Part shown: one piece after another, positions 59,134-64,000 of the stretch
How positions within the stretch are numbered: position 1 is the first letter of the stretch
Layout: every line of letters begins with the position of its first letter
Assembly: GCA_963693365.1 (NCBI GenBank)
Contig: CAVNZM010000018.1
Location: 2,146,728-2,210,727, forward strand
Reading direction: 5' to 3'
Length of the DNA: 64,000 nt
From: Amoebidium appalachense
Lineage: Eukaryota; Protista; Ichthyosporea
Made by a program: the position numbers and the translations under genes
The notes under the pieces: generated by a model
Told to the model about the DNA's origin: nothing
The model's input: only the letters and a program-made list of their open reading frames with translations
Database searches by the model: none

Positions 59134-61039
59134 GCTCATACATGTCCTTTGTGTATGAGTGTGTGTATATATCTGTCTGAGAATGCATAATTGACGTGTG
59201 TGTTTGCGCGTGCATGCGCGTGAATGTGTGTATGCTTGCCAGGTGTGCGTGTGTGCGTGCGTGTGTGTGTTTTTTTTTTTTTTTATACATGTGTTTCCTG
59301 CATGTGTGCGTACCCCACATGTGCCCCTCCCTCCCCCCCCTCCCCCCTCCCCCCCCCCCCCCCCCCAAACATGCTCCCACACGTGTGTGTGTGTGTTTTT
59401 ATGGTCATGTGTGTCTGCATGCCTGTGCACCCCACACAAATTGTGTACCCATACATACACACGTGCAACATATACTCATGCACATGCTCACAAGTGCACC
59501 CACCCACCTCCTCCTTTTTAACCGATTTCTTTGCTGCTGGCTTCTTTTCGTCTTTCTTTGCCGTCCCCTTCTTCGCCTCCTTCTTGGGCTCTTTCTTCAC
59601 ATCCTTCTTCTTGAGGTTCTGTGCGGAGAAAATTAAAAATTTAAAATGTAAAAAACATCCGTTGTCATTACCGGTTATGTTTCCCTATGTTGTCAATATC
59701 TTGCTATCTTTAGTATCTAGGTTTGCGCATTTTGAAGAAAACAATGTAGGCCTGGTGCCGGAACCCAATCACAGCTTTATTGCAAGTCGGCGATTTACAG
59801 AACATCCCATATGCTTCCTTTTCCTTCCTTTCCTACCTCTTTTGCCTTTTCGCTTCTTACTTTCTTTACTTCCTTCTCAATTCTCCTCTACTATTCTTTC
59901 GTTTTTTATTATTTATTTATCCATATACTTGATTGTTTAAGTGTTAATATATTTATAATATTAATATATTGACAATTATTTTACAAGCGCGGGGAGGGGG
60001 GAGGGGGGGGGGGGGGGGGGGGGGGGGCAACGTACTGCAATTGGCTCATCGTCGCTGCTATCATCATCCTTCTTCTTCTTTGACTCCTTCTTGGCAGATG
60101 CCTTTTTGCTCCTCAGATTCTGTAAACCATTCACCATATCAACAGCTGGCACACAATTGCAGAGCGAATCAACCTCCCACCCAAACACACACACACAAAG
60201 AAAAAAACTTCCCTTCAAAAGGCAAAGACGAAAAAAGAAATATTCACACATGCTCACATGCTACACACATGTACCCCGTGCCCTCCCCCCCCCCCCCCTC
60301 CCTCCGGACAAACACAAACACAAACACACACACACACACACACACACGTACGCACGCACGCACGCACAACCACATACACCCACACCCAGCTCTAATATCC
60401 TCTACTCTTACTTTAATCTGTTTTGAACCCACAAACGCACGGACACATGCGTGCGCACACACACACCCACGCGCACTCACACCAACGCGCACTCACACCC
60501 ACACAAACCCACACACACACGCGCGCACACCCACCCACCCACCCACACGCACACACACATCCACACGCACACACCCGCAAACACAAACACAGGCGCAACA
60601 TACCGCCAGTGGCTCGTCCTCACTGTCAGATTCCTCCTTCTTGGCCTTCTGCACCATGAAAGAAACGAGGGAAACAGCGTCAGACGATAACATTTCCGCA
60701 TATCCTTATATCGGAGCATGTTTACTTATAGGAGCACATTTCCTTAGATAGCAGCCCATTTCCTAATAAAGGAGCGCATTACATAGGAGCGCATTTTCTT
60801 ATAAAGAAGCGCATATCCTTATATAGGGGCACGTTTCTTTATATAGGAGCGCATTTCCTTCAAGAAGCCGAACCACATGAAATCCTATTTTCAAATTTTC
60901 ATTTTTATGTGGGTGATTTGATGATATTGGATTCCGTCCCAACAGAAACAAACCCTCCGATTTCTAAACAAAGCCCATTCTCAAGGAAAGGGGCCAAGTC
61001 ACCCAAAGTGCACAAATCCACAGTCCCCCAGAGGCAGAA

Positions 61040-61075
<36 letters not shown>

Positions 61076-61873
61076 TGAATGCGTCAAAAAGTACGAAGTA
61101 CACAAGAACAAACGGATAACACGATGCAGAATGCAAGCCATACATAAAGAGTGTGCATAATAAGCAGAGCCCATCCTCAGGGGGGCCCACGTCATCCACA
61201 GTACCCGAGTTTCGACCTATTCCCCTCGTTAACGAAACCCACCTCAGATACTGTTTCACTTGAACATGGGTAGGTCACCCGTCTTGATCAGAGACGAGCA
61301 GGGTTGCTTATGCAGGCAAGGGCAGTGGGAAAGGCCGGGGGTTCAAGTTACAGTAAGCAGAAGCAAGAAAAATATTGATAGGAACTCAGGAGACGGGGCT
61401 TCTAAGAAGCTCCCCCGTCGCTACCTAAGTCGATACTTCCCTGGCTAACATACTACACCAGCTGAAAAGAATTAAGTCCCGAAGGCCGCAGAATTCGCAA
61501 TCAGAGGGGAAAATATGTTTTGACCCACGCCGCAGGGTAGTAACACGCTTACTAGGGCGGAACTTTAACGTCTTCGAAAGGAAAGCTATGCCCCCGGATG
61601 TCAGCCGGAAATATGGTATCACCCATTGCTTTGGGCTTGAAAAAAGCCAAATCGATAGTCCGAGTTATGTTACGCCGGCGGGTAACATGCCGCATGGGTT
61701 CCAAGGGAGCTGTCGCCAACAGAGCGGTGTGTGTCCATGTGTGCGCATAACGCAATGTGTGAAGTGTGTCTATAGTTATGAGAGGGGGTATGCAGAAGTG
61801 GACAGATGAAGTGTGTGGAGAGAAAAACAGTAGGAAGAAAGGTAGACACCGGTGTGTGCAACCCCGCACAACA

Positions 61874-61910
<37 letters not shown>

Positions 61911-61978
61911 AGAAGATTACAGGTAATCAACCAGAACAACAAATGACAAGCAAAACAACAGGCGCCAAAAAAAAAAAA

Positions 61979-62058
<80 letters not shown>

Positions 62059-62437
62059 TGATGTATGTGTTAGAGGGTTGGAAACATGGAGGAGACAACA
62101 GAGGGCAACGACGAAACGTCTCCAAAATGAAAAATCCGAAATCAAACTATGTAAGTGTGCAGGCGGAAGACACTTAAACAAAGCCCATCATCAGGGGTGT
62201 TCCTAAGCCTCCACAAAAGGGGGGGGGGGGGGGGGGAGGGATGCTATTATATAGCAAACATAGAAGCAGAGACATTGAAAAACCGTGAAGACAAAAAACG
62301 ACAGAAATAAAACAAAATCGTGCAAGCAGAAGATACAGAAACAAGGCCATTGCACGGGGAGGTGAGGGGGGGGGGGGGGGGGGGGGGAGGAGGTCTTATG
62401 CCTTGACGAAAGAGCGTTTTTTTTTTGTTTTTTTTTT

Positions 62438-62480
<43 letters not shown>

Positions 62481-63496
62481 CTTACCTTCTTAGGAGGCGC
62501 TTTTTTCTTCAGATTCCTGGAAAAAAAAAAAAAAAACCTTGTTAGCTCTCAACTTAAATTGCGAAACGATAGGTCACATTCCACCAGATGCTTATCGTCT
62601 TTACCCGTCGCATAGCAACAGGCCCTCATCCTATCTATGCGCTCACACACAATAAAAACGAAAAAAATAAACTAGAAAAGAACGAAAGAAACGTGCAGGC
62701 AGAAGACACTTGAACAGACCAAATCATCAGGGGGATTCCTATTCCTCCACCCGGAGGGGTGGGGTGGAGGGGGGTTTGAATGCGGAACACGGTACGAAGT
62801 ACGCATACACGACGAGAAGCATGGTGCAGGACACATGCAAAGGCAAACATTCAATTATGCAACATCAGTCATGTGCACAGTATGCGTCATAAGCAGAGCC
62901 CATCCTCAGGGAGGACCAGGGGGGGGGGGGGGGGGGGGGGGGGCTACCCAATGGGGATATCGTCATCCGAGTCGGAGGACTCGGCGTTACGTTTCTTCGT
63001 GTCTTTCTTCTTCTCTTCCTTCTTCTTTTCTCCTTTTTTCTTTTCCTCCTTTTTTGGCTCCTTCTTCACCTCTTTCTCCTTCTTATTCTCCTTGGGTTTG
63101 GCCTCCTTTTTGAGTGCTGCATTTCCAGGTGGGACGGTGTTAGTATATAATAGAATATATAGTATAATATAATAGAAGGTATAACATACTACAAAATGAT
63201 ATGATATAGTATAATATACTATATAACATAAAATAACAGACATGAAGTGGAGTTGAAGATGAAAACATTTAGGAGGGAATGCCCATGCCGTCTCATCCAT
63301 CCCCCCTCCCTCCTCCATCCCCCCCCTCCCCCCCCCCCCCCCCAAAAGGAGGATTCTACATACGAGATCTAAACACTCCCCCCACCTCCCCACCCACCCG
63401 CCCACACACACACACCCATACACACAGACACCTTCCCCTCCCCCCACCCCCGCTCCTCCCCTCCCCTCCCCCCTTTCTTTTTGGCTGGGATGGGGT

Positions 63497-63527
<31 letters not shown>

Positions 63528-64000
63528 GGGGGGGGGGCTGCAGTAGAAGAAGACGGAAGTTGGGACGGGGTTGTCTAGAAAGGGGGAAGAGGGGGAAGGG
63601 GAGGGGAGGGCGGGGGGGGGGGGGGGGGGGGGGGGGGACGGGGAGGTGTTTCTCTATTATTTTTTTTTCCTTTGGAGGAGGGGGGGATTACCGGACAGAA
63701 GCACATCTTCGTCATCACTATCATCCTTCTTGGCCTTCTTGACACCGTTGGTGTAGCCTGTGTATGTGTGTGTGTGTGTGTGCGTGCGTGCATGTACGTG
63801 TGTGTGTGAGGGAGGAGGGGGAGGAGGGGAGGGGGGGAGGGGGGGGTAGTTGGTGTGTGTGGTGTGTGTGTGTAAGTGATATGGTTCTGGTGGTTGAAAT
63901 GCAGAGAGAGAATATGCCAAGTTTGAGTTGCTGGACCCCCTCCCCCCCCCCCCCTTCTTCCCTGCCAACACAGACATACATACAGACACACACTCACCCG
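45993..64000 (-). CDS. TOP1: DNA topoisomerase IB (start codon beyond the window end)
   Basis: Exons encode [160 protein letters not shown] (catalytic Tyr, ~47344) and [19 protein letters not shown] at 45995-45993. Lysine-rich N-terminal exons extend to 63757, with another donor at ~63996. Confidence 0.97.
46576..46676 (-). repeat. ~100-bp element (family-3-related end), duplicated at 47151-47247
   Basis: agaagaaaaacgtaccatacacatg...gcgtgcagacaggacaaacttgcacagagcccaaaatag is identical at both sites, each copy with (G)n before and (T)n(G)n after. Confidence 0.85.
46725..47117 (-). mobile_element. Hammerhead-retroelement family 2, longest copy, in the last TOP1 intron
   Basis: Same 3' end as 39717 and 62775 (tttgaatgcggaacac); G tracts at both ends. 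Confidence 0.85.
46839..46997 (-). ncRNA. Putative non-circularly permuted hammerhead ribozyme (family 2)
   Basis: Minus strand: GUU 46927-46925, GAAA 46893-46890, CUGAGGA 46859-46853. Stem III GUCUGAGU/ACUCAGAC, stem I GGAG/CUCC, stem II GACCC/GGGUC, extra helix CCCAAGU/ACUUGGG. Confidence 0.68.
48024..48625. repeat. Compound minisatellite (TG)n-TACCATGTTAG / TACCATGTGGG with higher-order duplication
   Basis: More than 15 TACCATGT interruptions in a TG tract; the block at ~48248-48430 recurs at ~48432-48610. Confidence 0.9.
50807..51046. mobile_element. Kolobok-like MITE, copy 2
   Basis: TTAA at 50803-50806 and 51047-51050. Ends accaaccaccgcttctcccatttt / aaaacggaagtagcggtggttgct match the TIR of 13630-13876; the interior differs. 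Confidence 0.7.
53836..54105 (-). mobile_element. Family 1 copy C (270 bp) with an intact ribozyme-like domain, in a TOP1 intron
   Basis: Near-identical to 21682-21951; truncated at gaaaggccgggg, which runs into poly-G. Confidence 0.9.
55336..55450 (-). mobile_element. Family 1 copy D (115-bp 3' stub)
   Basis: Matches 21685-21798 and ends just after catcctcaggggggg. Confidence 0.9.
61074..61810 (-). mobile_element. Family 1 copy B (longest), with a putative RT C-terminal ORF remnant
   Basis: Near-identical to copy A. A minus-strand ORF ends at 61552 with [70 protein letters not shown]. The cleavage triplet is changed to GGU (61243-61241). Confidence 0.85.
62058..62215 (-). mobile_element. 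Family-3 fragment
   Basis: tgatgtatgtgttagagggttggaaacatggaggagac ... gaagacacttaaacaaagcccatcatcaggggtgttcctaagcctcc between G tracts. Confidence 0.8.
62690..62916 (-). mobile_element. Adjacent family-3 fragment (62690-62751) and family-2 3' stub (62775-62916)
   Basis: cgtgcaggcagaagacacttgaacagaccaaatcatcagggggattcctattcctcc, then a G-rich spacer, then tttgaatgcggaacacggtacgaag...gagcccatcctcagggagg. Confidence 0.8.

Noticed and set aside
60705-60862. Degenerate ~20-bp repeats (taggagcgcatttcctta) as a regulatory array
   Set aside because: They look like ordinary local intronic tandem duplication, as at 4850-5000 and 36785-36870; there is no independent evidence of function.

Overview
Eukaryotic genomic DNA, probably from an opisthokont/holozoan-like organism judging from the ABCA and TOP1 sequences (inference only). 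Short GT-AG exons sit in introns packed with (C)n/(G)n tracts and (CA)n/(GA)n microsatellites. Genes: the 3' half of an ABCA transporter (+, 265-19263), a protein with three AP2-like domains (-, ~24.1-25.1 kb), a tentative small zinc-ribbon gene (-, 29.0-32.7 kb), a VASt-domain membrane protein (-, 34.0-43.4 kb) and DNA topoisomerase IB (-, 46.0 kb to the window end). Two TTAA-flanked MITE types are present. The main observation is a set of at least three divergent families of 5'-truncated retroelement fragments, always joined at their 3' end to poly-C tracts. They share a covarying ~155-nt RNA structure containing all hammerhead ribozyme core motifs (CUGANGA, GAAA, GUU) in an order that no circular permutation produces. 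The longest copies carry what resembles the C-terminus of a Penelope-like RT. Introns also show serial decaying copies of exon ends with their splice sites, and CCAAT/ATTGG boxes next to many acceptors. All pairings and exon calls were made by eye; no folding or database search was run.
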